DNA from: a virus
Lineage: Duplodnaviria; Caudoviricetes
Strand: one strand, 5' to 3'
Length of the DNA: 64,000 nt
IMG/VR virus record: IMGVR_UViG_3300044973_000253
Location: 51,922 to 115,921 of that record
Shown here: piece by piece, positions 22,601 through 31,906 of the stretch
Numbering within the stretch: the stretch's first letter is position 1
How the letters are laid out: each line of letters starts with the position of its first letter
The notes under the pieces: generated by a model
Told to the model about the DNA's origin: nothing
Databases searched by the model: none
Seen by the model: the letters and a program-made list of their open reading frames with translations, nothing else
Made by a program: the position numbers and the translations under genes

Positions 22601-24601
22601 TTATATCTGTTTTACCTTTATTGCGATATTGGTTGAAGGATATTTTATTTCAAACATCGAATCGTGGTCACAATACAATACCCCGTCAATAGCCTCCAAA
22701 TCAATATTGTAATATTTTGCATCAACTCCAAGGGATACGCTTGGCTCCTTTATATCCGTAGAACAGATATTGGTCAATGACGGATTCCCCTTTTCTGGCA
22801 ATGTGCATTTATCACTTGAATAGCTTGCTCCACCCCATACATTATATACATCAAAAGTGATAATAGAGACCATACCATCAACACTTGTTATTTCCTTTTC
22901 CAAATCCCCAAGATAGATATCCTCTCCCATATCATGCTTTTCTATATCCATGTAATTCTTGATAACCGACATTACATTTTTAAGAACTTCCGAAGTGGTA
23001 TAATTTTTATCTACAAAAACCTCCAATTCAAAATATAGATTATATATTTTTCCAGATCTGAATTCAAGATAATCATTTATGCTCTTATAATGCGAAAGAT
23101 ATTCCACAGCATTGTTAACCAAAGTATTAGGAAGAATACTGTCCAGTTTGCCTTTTGAATCTATTCCCAATAACGAAAGTACAATCTTGTTGTTTTCCTC
23201 AAACACATCACTTCTGAAAGGGCAACCGTATCTTGGTGGCATATCCAGCAGTTTGGCCTTGTAATCCTTAACCGTCACAGCCCTGTTCTGGGAACTTAGA
23301 TTATACCTCATCATCCACTTTATTTCATCCGTTGAAGGAACGTCTTTTCCTGCAACGGAATTGGACGTATTGGATACAGAGAACGACTGCGAAACCAATG
23401 TCCTTTTTGTGGCATCTGTTCCAGTGGCAGGTATTTCGGCATCAAGATTTTTTATCGTGTTAATTGAACCGCTTGCAAAATTGGTTGTTGATCCATAAAC
23501 CACATTATACAATATGAACATTGTCCATCCCTCTTTCGGTAGAACTCCCATCATATTGTTGTTCACCAACTTGGCCATATCGAACTTTGTATAGTCATTG
23601 GCTTCCTCTGGAACGGTATCATATCTTACACCACTGCCAAAAACCACATTCAGATAACCGTTATCTGTGTATTCCGTTACAAATTTCTGACTCAATGATT
23701 TCCATTGTCCTTTATATATTCTATATATAGGAGTTCCGCTGGCGGTATAATCAACATATTTGTCAACTATCTTATACAAACCCTTCGCCTCGTCATTTCT
23801 GCTTGTCTCTGAACCAAATCTGAATTGATCTGCAAGTGAATCCGTTTCAAAATACCTGTATGTATTGATGGCTTCATCTTTTAATTGATATTCCTCCTCA
23901 TCATAAAAATATTCAGATAAAGAAGGATTTTTTGAATAATCATTTGTCTCCTTGAATATTACAGACTCCACGCTTCCAACATTCTGGTCTGGAAGTGTTA
24001 TTGTCATAAAAGGCTCCAAATCAGAACTGTTTATTACTTTCTTGTATATCTTTCTTTGAATTCCGACCGCTATGACTGTTTTTGATACTGTATATGCAGT
24101 GATTCCCCCATTGGAATCCCTTGCTGGAACAAATTTTCTGTTATTGAATCCATCATGATTGAATTCTTCTGCAAAATTCACATCCTCCTGTAATTCAAAT
24201 GAATAGTTTCCACAAGCTACTGTGGTGTCCCGTTTGACATACGGAGCATATCTCCAATCAGGCTGTGACACTCCCTCCGTTGACAATGGCAGTCTGCAAG
24301 ATATTTCAACCTGACATACAGATGCCTTGGCTCCTGGAACCTTAAATCCGTTCATTCTGGCTATATTCATAACCGAAGAACGTGATTGGGTGGTATTGAT
24401 ATTTGTGTCCTGAAAAACCCTGTCTATATGATACGACAGGTCATCTCCGACAGCAGCAGCCAAATCTATAAACCATTGGCCGACAGATGCGTCATTGAAG
24501 GAATCTGTTATCTCAGGATAATACTTATTGCTGAATTGCAACAGCTCTGTCTCATAATCATCAAATGTCCTCGCTAAATATGATATTTTCTTTTCGCTCA
24601 T
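22601..24601 (-). CDS. Baseplate wedge protein (T4 gp6 / P2 gpJ-like)
   Basis: ISYLARTFDDY..FNDASVG..GDDLSYHIDR N-terminus; VFGSG; SQNRAVTVKDY motif; adjacent to a gp25-like gene. Confidence 0.85.
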   Translation of the reverse strand: MSEKKISYLARTFDDYETELLQFSNKYYPEITDSFNDASVGQWFIDLAAAVGDDLSYHIDRVFQDTNINTTQSRSSVMNIARMNGFKVPGAKASVCQVEISCRLPLSTEGVSQPDWRYAPYVKRDTTVACGNYSFELQEDVNFAEEFNHDGFNNRKFVPARDSNGGITAYTVSKTVIAVGIQRKIYKKVINSSDLEPFMTITLPDQNVGSVESVIFKETNDYSKNPSLSEYFYDEEEYQLKDEAINTYRYFETDSLADQFRFGSETSRNDEAKGLYKIVDKYVDYTASGTPIYRIYKGQWKSLSQKFVTEYTDNGYLNVVFGSGVRYDTVPEEANDYTKFDMAKLVNNNMMGVLPKEGWTMFILYNVVYGSTTNFASGSINTIKNLDAEIPATGTDATKRTLVSQSFSVSNTSNSVAGKDVPSTDEIKWMMRYNLSSQNRAVTVKDYKAKLLDMPPRYGCPFRSDVFEENNKIVLSLLGIDSKGKLDSILPNTLVNNAVEYLSHYKSINDYLEFRSGKIYNLYFELEVFVDKNYTTSEVLKNVMSVIKNYMDIEKHDMGEDIYLGDLEKEITSVDGMVSIITFDVYNVWGGASYSSDKCTLPEKGNPSLTNICSTDIKEPSVSLGVDAKYYNIDLEAIDGVLYCDHDSMFEIKYPSTNIAIKVKQI

Positions 24602-24619
24602 GTCTTATTGTATATTGGT

Positions 24620-25009
24620 TTAAATTGTTACTGCCACAGAATCATATACTGTAGTATTTCCTTCTTTAACTGTAAATGAAATCTTCACTATTACCTGAAA
24701 ATCCTGACTGTCATCAGATACCACCTCAATGTTGTCGAGGGTGACATACGGAAGGAATAATGCAACCTCTTCTTTTATTTCTGTTTTTATAGCCTCCCAA
24801 CTTTCCGAATCGTTCGGATTAAATATGAATCTTATCAAATCGGTACCGAATTCGGGATATCTTATTCTTTGCCCTTTTGGAGTAAACAACAGATGCAGAA
24901 GATCACTTCGTGTCTTGTCCTTTTTATTCAAATTAAGATCCACAAAGTATCCTTGGTCGTTATTGTTTTGAAAAGGGTACTTGATACCCATATATTGACG
25001 CTTCGACAT
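24620..25009 (-). CDS. Baseplate wedge / sheath initiator (T4 gp25 / P2 gpW-like)
   Basis: LLHLLFTPKGQRIRYPEFGTDLIRFIFNP motif. Confidence 0.9.
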   Translation of the reverse strand: MSKRQYMGIKYPFQNNNDQGYFVDLNLNKKDKTRSDLLHLLFTPKGQRIRYPEFGTDLIRFIFNPNDSESWEAIKTEIKEEVALFLPYVTLDNIEVVSDDSQDFQVIVKISFTVKEGNTTVYDSVAVTI

Positions 25010-25168
25010 ATTGATATGGCTTTATTAAAAAATAAATTCTTTTATATTAAATAGTAACATAAAAAAAACGCAATATGAATTTTTATCATATTACGTTCTG
25101 TTATTACCCAAATTGTTTATTGTAGCATACAATTAATGTGATTTATGATTATCACAAATCACATTATG

Positions 25169-25555
25169 TTACATATTAACTCCTGAATTTCTAATTTCCT
25201 CATCACTTATAGGTGCTGTTTTGAATACTTTAAAAGTGAATTGAGAGGCGTTTGTTTCGTCTGTAGTAATAGTATACTGAAAATATCCATCTCCATAAGA
25301 CAAAGCATTCATATCAAAATCGACTCTATAGGTATCACTCAATTTTTTAATAAGTCCTTCTAATGATTCAGCCATGAGTGAATCATTCCAATTTGATTCG
25401 GTTTCCTCATCCCAATTTCCATCCTCATCTGAACTTAGCAGGCTAATAGATATACCTTTCAGCATATAACTTTCTTCATTAGATTCTACAGCTTCGTTGA
25501 CAGCGTGTCTGATTATTCTGTGGAGCTGTCCCTCCGTTAATTTTATTCTTCTCAT
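25169..25555 (-). CDS. Leader-cassette gene D (MRRIKLTEGQLHRIIRHAVNE + unique acidic cargo), 128 aa
   Basis: Leader motif; preceded by the repeat. Confidence 0.8.
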   Translation of the reverse strand: MRRIKLTEGQLHRIIRHAVNEAVESNEESYMLKGISISLLSSDEDGNWDEETESNWNDSLMAESLEGLIKKLSDTYRVDFDMNALSYGDGYFQYTITTDETNASQFTFKVFKTAPISDEEIRNSGVNM

Positions 25556-25693
25556 ATTGTTTTGTTATTTTACTGATAAATATCTGCAAAATTTACATAA
25601 CTTGCCCCCCCCGCAAATACCGTGCCAGACGTAAAATAATGTCAAAATATTTACACAAAAAAAGCGGAAAAACTGTTACGTCTCTCCGCCTTG
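25490..25693 (-). repeat. Cassette repeat copy 2
   Basis: Same leader, promoter and terminator sequence; sigma54-like box at 25612-25628. Confidence 0.9.
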
Positions 25694-25719
25694 TTTGTCA
25701 TATCAAATATGAGAATGTG

Positions 25720-26094
25720 TTATTCATCTTCATCATCAACATAATAGCCTCTTCCACCATTTTCGTAGTTATATCTGCCATAGAACTGATTGTCAACGTC
25801 TTTTTTATATTTAAAGTACTCTTTCTGTGCTTCTGGAGACATATCTCCTATTTTATTTCCATATTCTTTCTCAGCAAAATAATGTGGATATTTTCTTTTC
25901 AAAGCATCATCGGATGCTTGGTCCAAAGACGCTAAGTCTTTGCAAGATCCCTTGCGATCTTTTGGATCCATTTGATCATATTTTTTCCGAGCAGCGTTTT
26001 CATACGTTTTCCAGTCAAGCTCGTTCAGTATTTGGTTGACAGATTCCCTTATTACATTGTGGAGCTGTCCCTCCGTTAGTCTTACTCTTCTCAT
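25720..26094 (-). CDS. Leader-cassette gene E (LDWKTY...GGRGYY family), 124 aa
   Basis: Start reassigned to ATG 26094; MRRVRLTEGQLHNVIRESVNQILNELDWKTYENAA...YNYENGGRGYYVDDEDE. Confidence 0.8.
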   Translation of the reverse strand: MRRVRLTEGQLHNVIRESVNQILNELDWKTYENAARKKYDQMDPKDRKGSCKDLASLDQASDDALKRKYPHYFAEKEYGNKIGDMSPEAQKEYFKYKKDVDNQFYGRYNYENGGRGYYVDDEDE

Positions 26095-26182
26095 ACTTTT
26101 CTTTTTATCTATAAATATCTGCAAAATTATGATAATTCGCCACCACCCTGCAAATACAGTGCCAGACGTGAAACAATGTTAA
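26010..26182 (-). repeat. Cassette repeat copy 3, promoter half only (truncated at ...caatgttaa)
   Basis: Matches copy 1 up to 26182, then similarity stops. Confidence 0.85.
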
Positions 26183-26225
26183 TTTGATTATCAATATTTT
26201 AATTATTATTAAATTCCAATGATTT

Positions 26226-28058
26226 TCAATATAAAATTCCCATGATTTTCAATTCATCAATAATGGATTTGTGAATATATTTCTCATTAAGACAGTTTTT
26301 GGTTTTGTGTCTTTCTTCATTTGTCTGTATTCTTTTACCTGCAATCTCCTTTCCCTCCATATCATACAGATATCCTTCCGTGTCCATATAATAGGTATTT
26401 CCATTGATTGAAACGGAAGTGTATTTGTCCGAGAAATCATCCGCATTGTCAAACCATACATTACTGAATAAATGACCATTCGGCCGTACAAAATTGAATT
26501 TACCGCCTTTGGTTACCCTTGCCAAACCATCCGAGAAAGATGTCGCTCCGTCAAACCAAGTGTCACATATAACATTGAATTTATTGTCTATCAAATTATA
26601 CTGATCATCATTGCTGATAACCGCAAACCCTTCCTTGAACGGCAGAGCATCATCAAACCAGTCATCTGTAACATATCTTCCCCGTCTGTCAAGATAATTG
26701 AATATTCCATCCATTTCGACCAGCGCATAACCATCCGAATAATTATCGGCATAATCAAACCATTCCTTACTTATCAGACGATAGTTGGTATCAATAAAAT
26801 TGTATTTGTTGTTCTGTTTCACTCTCGCATATCCATCAATAAAATCATTCATTCTGTCAAACCATTCCTGACTTACAAGCTGTCCTCTTGTATTGATGAA
26901 ATTGTATTTGAAATCTTTTACGACCTCCGCATAATTACCTACAAAATCACCTATCTTGTCCATCCACATCGGAAGAACGATTTTACCGTATCTGTTGACA
27001 AGAACCTTGTTGCTTTCCTCTTTTACCACATACAATCCATTACCTATGTTTTTGGCATTTGATATATCATACACTTTGTCTGCAAGTCCCTCAACTCGTG
27101 GTCTGCATACCTGATAGATATTCATACCCACCGTATCACACATATCCTTGTTATCAAAAGCGAACTCTCCTACAGAACAATCATGATTCCATCTAAGCGT
27201 TTTGGACTGAAACAATCCGAATTCATTTACGCACAATGCAATCATACTTAAACCATATTCGTCATAAGGAAAATCTTTTCCATGCTGTTCTGGTATATTC
27301 TGATAACCATCTTTCAAAAAGAAATAAAACAGTCCTCCATTATAATTGGTATGTTTATCCCATTGGGCTTTGGTATGAGATATGCACCATTTGCAATATG
27401 GAGCATACTTGCTGGCTTCTTCAAATGAGCTTATCTTGACGCATGTATACCCATTCCCAGAATACTGTATGTTTTGATGCTTCGCTTCTGTCTCCTTCTG
27501 ATTGGCCATTATATCCGATGCGTACTTGTCCATAAACTGTCCCATATCCATAGACGATATGTCATTCAGCATATTTTCGTCTATCTTGTCAACTTTAAGA
27601 TTGTTCATGAACATGGCTATCTTGTTTGCTTCTGGAACATACAGGTCTATTTTACCCTCCGCAAGTGTCCTAATCAGCATATTGTTCATTGCCAGAATCA
27701 ACGGCTGTCTGGCGGGGTCCTTTTTTACCAATGTCATATCCACTCCAAATGTTATATCTATTGCTTTTACCACAGAATAAACCCACTCGTTGATATGTGT
27801 TTCTGCTTCTCCAACAGTCGTTGAATCAATCGTTTCTATATATTTTTGTGCTGTAAGATGTGGTATATATGGACTGTTTATATCTCTTAATAATTCTTCT
27901 TTGTCTTCTATTTGGCTGAATAAATCTATATATATGGGTGACAAGACCTGCTTTCTCGCTTTGTCTATTGCCTTGTCAAGAGAGTTTTCGGTCAACACGA
28001 CTTTCCTGTTCTCTCTCAATAACATCCTTACCAGTATATTGTTTATATTCATTTCCAT
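26226..28058 (-). CDS. WG (KWG)-repeat protein, about 610 aa
   Basis: Tandem ~34-aa repeats F..GYA.V....KYNFI...G.L.S..WFD in the C-terminal half. Start reassigned to ATG 28058 (MEMNINN), 21 nt below a TATTTAT motif. Confidence 0.85.
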   Translation of the reverse strand: MEMNINNILVRMLLRENRKVVLTENSLDKAIDKARKQVLSPIYIDLFSQIEDKEELLRDINSPYIPHLTAQKYIETIDSTTVGEAETHINEWVYSVVKAIDITFGVDMTLVKKDPARQPLILAMNNMLIRTLAEGKIDLYVPEANKIAMFMNNLKVDKIDENMLNDISSMDMGQFMDKYASDIMANQKETEAKHQNIQYSGNGYTCVKISSFEEASKYAPYCKWCISHTKAQWDKHTNYNGGLFYFFLKDGYQNIPEQHGKDFPYDEYGLSMIALCVNEFGLFQSKTLRWNHDCSVGEFAFDNKDMCDTVGMNIYQVCRPRVEGLADKVYDISNAKNIGNGLYVVKEESNKVLVNRYGKIVLPMWMDKIGDFVGNYAEVVKDFKYNFINTRGQLVSQEWFDRMNDFIDGYARVKQNNKYNFIDTNYRLISKEWFDYADNYSDGYALVEMDGIFNYLDRRGRYVTDDWFDDALPFKEGFAVISNDDQYNLIDNKFNVICDTWFDGATSFSDGLARVTKGGKFNFVRPNGHLFSNVWFDNADDFSDKYTSVSINGNTYYMDTEGYLYDMEGKEIAGKRIQTNEERHKTKNCLNEKYIHKSIIDELKIMGILY

Positions 28059-28109
28059 TATAATTCTTTCTTTTAGATATAAATAGATTAATGTAGTGTA
28101 ATAATGAAA

Positions 28110-28150
28110 ACACAAAAAAGCGAAAAAACTGTTACGTTCTTCCGCTTTTT
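28110..28150 (-). terminator. Terminator half of the cassette repeat (complements the half ending at 26182)
   Basis: acacaaaaaagcgaaaaaactgttacgttcttccgcttttt hairpin with a T-tract on the minus strand. Confidence 0.75.
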
Positions 28151-28180
28151 ACTGTTTATGACATAAAATATGAGATTAAA

Positions 28181-28552
28181 TTATTCTTCATCGTCAAGAT
28201 AATATCCTCTTCCTCCCTTTTCGTATTTGTATCTTCCATTCATTTGATTATCCCATTCCTTATCGTGTGCATCATACTCTTCCTGTTCTTCTGGAGTGAG
28301 TGGTTCATGTGTATTACCTAAAATCTTATGCTCTGCAGAGTTTAAATGTGGATATTTTCTATATTCAGCTTCAATAGCTGCATCATTTAAAGGCCAAAAT
28401 TTTCTGTCTAATTCATCCCTATCCTTTATTCGTTGACATCTTTTGTTAGCAGCATTATCATACGTTTTCCAGTCAAGCTCGTTTAGTATCTGGCTGACAG
28501 ATTCTCTAATTACATTATGGAGCTGTCCCTCCGTTAGTCTTACTCTTCTCAT
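28181..28552 (-). CDS. Leader-cassette gene F (LDWKTY...GGRGYY family), 123 aa
   Basis: Leader + LDWKTYDNAA..RKYPH..EPLTPEEQEEY..YKYEKGGRGYYLDDEE. Confidence 0.85.
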   Translation of the reverse strand: MRRVRLTEGQLHNVIRESVSQILNELDWKTYDNAANKRCQRIKDRDELDRKFWPLNDAAIEAEYRKYPHLNSAEHKILGNTHEPLTPEEQEEYDAHDKEWDNQMNGRYKYEKGGRGYYLDDEE

Positions 28553-28700
28553 ATTGTTTTGTTATTTTACTGATAAATATCTGCAAAATTTACATAATTT
28601 ACCCCCTCCCCCGCAAATACCGTGCCAGACGTAAAACAATGTTAAAATATTTACACAAAAAAAAAGCGGAAAAACTGTTATGTTCATCCGCTTTTTTTTA
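28460..28700 (-). repeat. Cassette repeat copy 4
   Basis: Full repeat; sigma54-like box at 28612-28628. Confidence 0.9.
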
Positions 28701-28721
28701 TTCTATAAAATATGATATGTA

Positions 28722-29087
28722 TTAGTATTCGTCAAGATAATATCCTCTTCCGCCCTTTTCATATTTGTATTTATAACAATTATGAAAATCTTTCTCGAAT
28801 GCAGCATACTCTTCCTGTTCTTCTGGAGTAAGTGGTTCATAAGATTCCAGCTTATTAAATACAGATTTTAAATGTGGATATTTTCTAAATACAGCTTTAG
28901 AAGATGCGCTCATTAAAGGACTTACTTCTCTGCTAAATTCATCTGAATCGTCTGGATTCTTCATTTAATCATCTTTTTTTCGAGCAGCACTTGCATACGT
29001 TTTCCAATCCAGTTCGTTCAATATCTGGTTGACAGATTCCCTTATTACATTGTGGAGCTGTCCCTCCGTTAGTCTTACTCTTCTCAT
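28722..29087 (-). pseudogene. Leader-cassette gene G with in-frame TAA at codon 41
   Basis: ATG 29087 gives MRRVRLTEGQLHNVIRESVNQILNELDWKTYASAARKKDD*MKNPD...GGRGYYLDEY. TAA at 28965-28967 aligns with CAA (Gln) in paralog E (RKKYDQMDP). Confidence 0.85.
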
Positions 29088-29221
29088 ACTTTTCTTTTTA
29101 CTGATAAATATCTGCAAAATTTACATAAATCTCCACCACCCAGAAAAGACCGTACCAGACGTGAAACAATGTCAAAATATTTACATAAAAAAGCGGAAAA
29201 ACTGTTACGTTCATCCGCTTG
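28995..29221 (-). repeat. Cassette repeat copy 5
   Basis: Full repeat with a degenerate sigma54-like box (TGGTACGGTCTTTTC). Confidence 0.9.
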
Positions 29222-29249
29222 ATTGTATTCTATACAATATGAGATTGTG

Positions 29250-29633
29250 TTAGTCCTCATCGTCAAGATAATAGCCTCTTCCGCCCTTTTCGTATTTGTA
29301 TTTGCCATGGTCCTGATCTATATATTCCTTCACGTATGTATCTAATTCCTCCTGTTCTTCTGGAGTGAGTGATTCATGTGGATAGGTTGTCTTCTTCTTC
29401 AATATATCTCCTAAATTTGGATATTTTCTATCTATATTCTGATATCTGGCTAATTTTAATGGATAAACACGTTCCATCACTTCATCATAGGGAATACCCA
29501 TATCAAGCAGTTTTAAGGATTTTTTTCTACTTGCGTTATCATACGTTTTCCAATCAATCTCGTTCAATATCTGGCTGACAGATTCCCTTATTACATGATG
29601 GAGCTGTTCCTCCGTTAATCTTATTCTTCTCAT
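29250..29633 (-). CDS. Leader-cassette gene H (IDWKTY...GGRGYY family), 127 aa
   Basis: Start reassigned to ATG 29633; MRRIRLTEEQLHHVIRESVSQILNEIDWKTYDNAS...YKYEKGGRGYYLDDED. Confidence 0.85.
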   Translation of the reverse strand: MRRIRLTEEQLHHVIRESVSQILNEIDWKTYDNASRKKSLKLLDMGIPYDEVMERVYPLKLARYQNIDRKYPNLGDILKKKTTYPHESLTPEEQEELDTYVKEYIDQDHGKYKYEKGGRGYYLDDED

Positions 29634-29772
29634 ACTTTTATTTCTTTTTACTGATAAATATCTGCAAAATTTACATAATTTGCTTCCACCCCAAAAATAC
29701 CGTTCCAAACGTAAAACAATCTCAAAACAAATGCACAAAAAAGCGGAAAAACTGTTACGTTCCTCCGCTTCC
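29540..29772 (-). repeat. Cassette repeat copy 6 (more diverged)
   Basis: Same layout; its hairpin lies just downstream of nrdD and could terminate it. Confidence 0.85.
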
Positions 29773-29800
29773 TTATTAAAACAAATCAAACAAGTAAAAA

Positions 29801-31906
29801 TCAAACATCAGCATAGTATCTCTTTGCTGCCTCTTTCTGTCTTGCAGAAGAAAAATTGCTAACTCGCTTTATATATCCGATAACACGGGTAATATAATCA
29901 ACATTCTCACTTCCGCATTTAGGACATTTTTTCAAATATCGTTTATCAATCGTTCCACAATCATTACATATCGTATTAGGAATATTGAAAGTGAAATAAT
30001 TGCATCCCTCTTTTGCTGCCACTTTAAGCAACTGCTTGTATTGTTCAAATGACAAGTGTTCATCAAGATTGCAATGCAATGCCGAACCTCCAGTAAGATG
30101 CTCTATGTATTTTTTGCCGTGTAATTTAAACTTATCTATAACATTGGTATTTTCATCCTCAACAATATAGAAATAGCTGTTATAACAATCACGAGGGACA
30201 AAATAGCCATCCTCCTTATCCCATTTTGCATGTTTAACTCCAACATTTTCTGCAGGAATCATTTCGCAGTTGAACATGACCTCCTTTGTTCTATATTTCT
30301 TATTATACGTTTCAACCAATCCAAGTATCGACTGTACATAAGAACTGTATTCATCACAATCCTTTATTGGAATCTGCAAGAATTCGGCACCCTCTACCAG
30401 TCCGTTAACTCCTATTGTCAGATACTGTCGGTTTATATTTATATATCCAGCATCAAACAGAGGAAGCATTCCTTTCTTTAGCAATTCCTTCAGATTTTCA
30501 TTATATGCCAATTGGACCTTATGTACAAGATCAACAATTTCCTCCAAAAAAGACATATAGGTCTTTCCATGTTTGACTGCATATTGTATACATCTATTCA
30601 GGTTGATTGTAAGAACGCTTTTTGAGCCAGTAGAAACGCCTCCCGCTCCAAGAGTGTAGCTAAACCCATTATTCTGTATCTCGTTTCTTAAACGGCAACA
30701 GGAACTAAGGGAATCGGCTTTGTCGCTCATATATGTAAAGAACGAATGTCCCTCTGCGTACATCTCTGCAGTAAAGTCTCCATACTCCTTATCCTTTGGT
30801 TCACCATTATCAGACAATAACGCCATTGATTCCACAGGAAACGTCAATACGGTTTTGGTCCGTTCTGCATTAAACCATTTCATGAATCTCTTTTGCAACC
30901 AGCTTAAAGAATCCCAAACAGGAGCTGTTCCGTCTGGAAACTTGAAATCACCGAAAATACTTTGGAAATAATATCTGTCATAATAAGCTACATTCCAAAA
31001 TACAGCCTGGAAATTTCTTGCTCCCGTAGGCTGATTTAATGAATAAACAACCTGCTCAAAACAATCAGAAATAACTTTGTCTATACTTCTCTTTCTGACA
31101 GACAAATCAACCACCTCATCAGAACGCTTGTAATAATCCTCTCCATACTCCTTTCTTATGAAATAATCCATATAAAGGAAGAATTCGGGTGTCGAACAAG
31201 CACCACTCAGCATAGAAGAAACCATAAATACCATATTGATGAACCCACCGCAGAATGATTTCAGATTGGTTGGTTTGGTTGAGTTTCCGCCTATAGATGC
31301 CGTTCCTCCCAACAGCCATGGATACATTGTGATACTGGCGCAATAATTGGCAAGATTGGTCTCATCATTCTTGTATATGAAATGATTGGTAAGCAGATAT
31401 ACATATCTGTCTGCCAATTCTTTTCCATACATTTGTTCAATTCTATTTACCAGAATTTTTCTATTAAGTCTAATGAAATTTGATTTTGGAAGTTCACCCA
31501 CCAATGTTGCGATATTCTTGTTCTCAACATTGGCATTGGCATCATATTTACTTCCCGTGGCAGGATTCTCCGCATTACAATAATTCATCATGAAGTTAAG
31601 TTTGTCAAGAACCTCCCTGTCCTCATTATGCTGATATCTATACAGCATAAATTTCTTCCCAACCTCATAATAATTTTTACACAGGAATGACTCTATATTG
31701 TCCTGAATATTCTCAACAGAAATAATTCCTTTCTGTTTGGAATAATTAATCATGATGTAATTTATTACCTCATCAGGTACTTTGTCTTTCCCTGTTGATT
31801 CAAAAGCTTTTTCAACTGCATTGATAATTCTCTTGATGTCGAACTTTGCAAAAGTTCCGTCTCTTTTTTTGACTTTTGCCACTGCTGTTTCTATCTGTTC
31901 ATTCAT
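29801..31906 (-). CDS. nrdD: Anaerobic (class III) ribonucleoside-triphosphate reductase with N-terminal ATP cone
   Basis: VKKRDG..FDIKRI ATP cone; SSCCRL; C-terminal CNDC..CPKCGS zinc site and glycyl-radical motif YITRVIGY. Confidence 0.95.
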   Translation of the reverse strand: MNEQIETAVAKVKKRDGTFAKFDIKRIINAVEKAFESTGKDKVPDEVINYIMINYSKQKGIISVENIQDNIESFLCKNYYEVGKKFMLYRYQHNEDREVLDKLNFMMNYCNAENPATGSKYDANANVENKNIATLVGELPKSNFIRLNRKILVNRIEQMYGKELADRYVYLLTNHFIYKNDETNLANYCASITMYPWLLGGTASIGGNSTKPTNLKSFCGGFINMVFMVSSMLSGACSTPEFFLYMDYFIRKEYGEDYYKRSDEVVDLSVRKRSIDKVISDCFEQVVYSLNQPTGARNFQAVFWNVAYYDRYYFQSIFGDFKFPDGTAPVWDSLSWLQKRFMKWFNAERTKTVLTFPVESMALLSDNGEPKDKEYGDFTAEMYAEGHSFFTYMSDKADSLSSCCRLRNEIQNNGFSYTLGAGGVSTGSKSVLTINLNRCIQYAVKHGKTYMSFLEEIVDLVHKVQLAYNENLKELLKKGMLPLFDAGYININRQYLTIGVNGLVEGAEFLQIPIKDCDEYSSYVQSILGLVETYNKKYRTKEVMFNCEMIPAENVGVKHAKWDKEDGYFVPRDCYNSYFYIVEDENTNVIDKFKLHGKKYIEHLTGGSALHCNLDEHLSFEQYKQLLKVAAKEGCNYFTFNIPNTICNDCGTIDKRYLKKCPKCGSENVDYITRVIGYIKRVSNFSSARQKEAAKRYYADV

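Noticed and set aside
25720-29633. Diversity-generating retroelement behind the E-H variation
   Set aside because: No reverse transcriptase is in the window. Differences include indels and are not evidently confined to adenines, and there is no TR/VR pair.
21133-29772. CRISPR array or integron attC interpretation of the repeats
   Set aside because: Units are about 140-240 bp and separated by whole genes, not 30-40 bp spacers. No cas or integrase gene is in the window, and I could not see attC R/L box architecture.
20658-29862. Short ORFs and N-terminal extensions translated from the repeat (e.g. 21216-21422, 25639-25935, 29029-29253, 29084-29308, and extended starts at 21222, 26124, 29804)
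   Set aside because: They read through terminator and promoter sequence, differ in frame and length between copies, and lack consistent starts.
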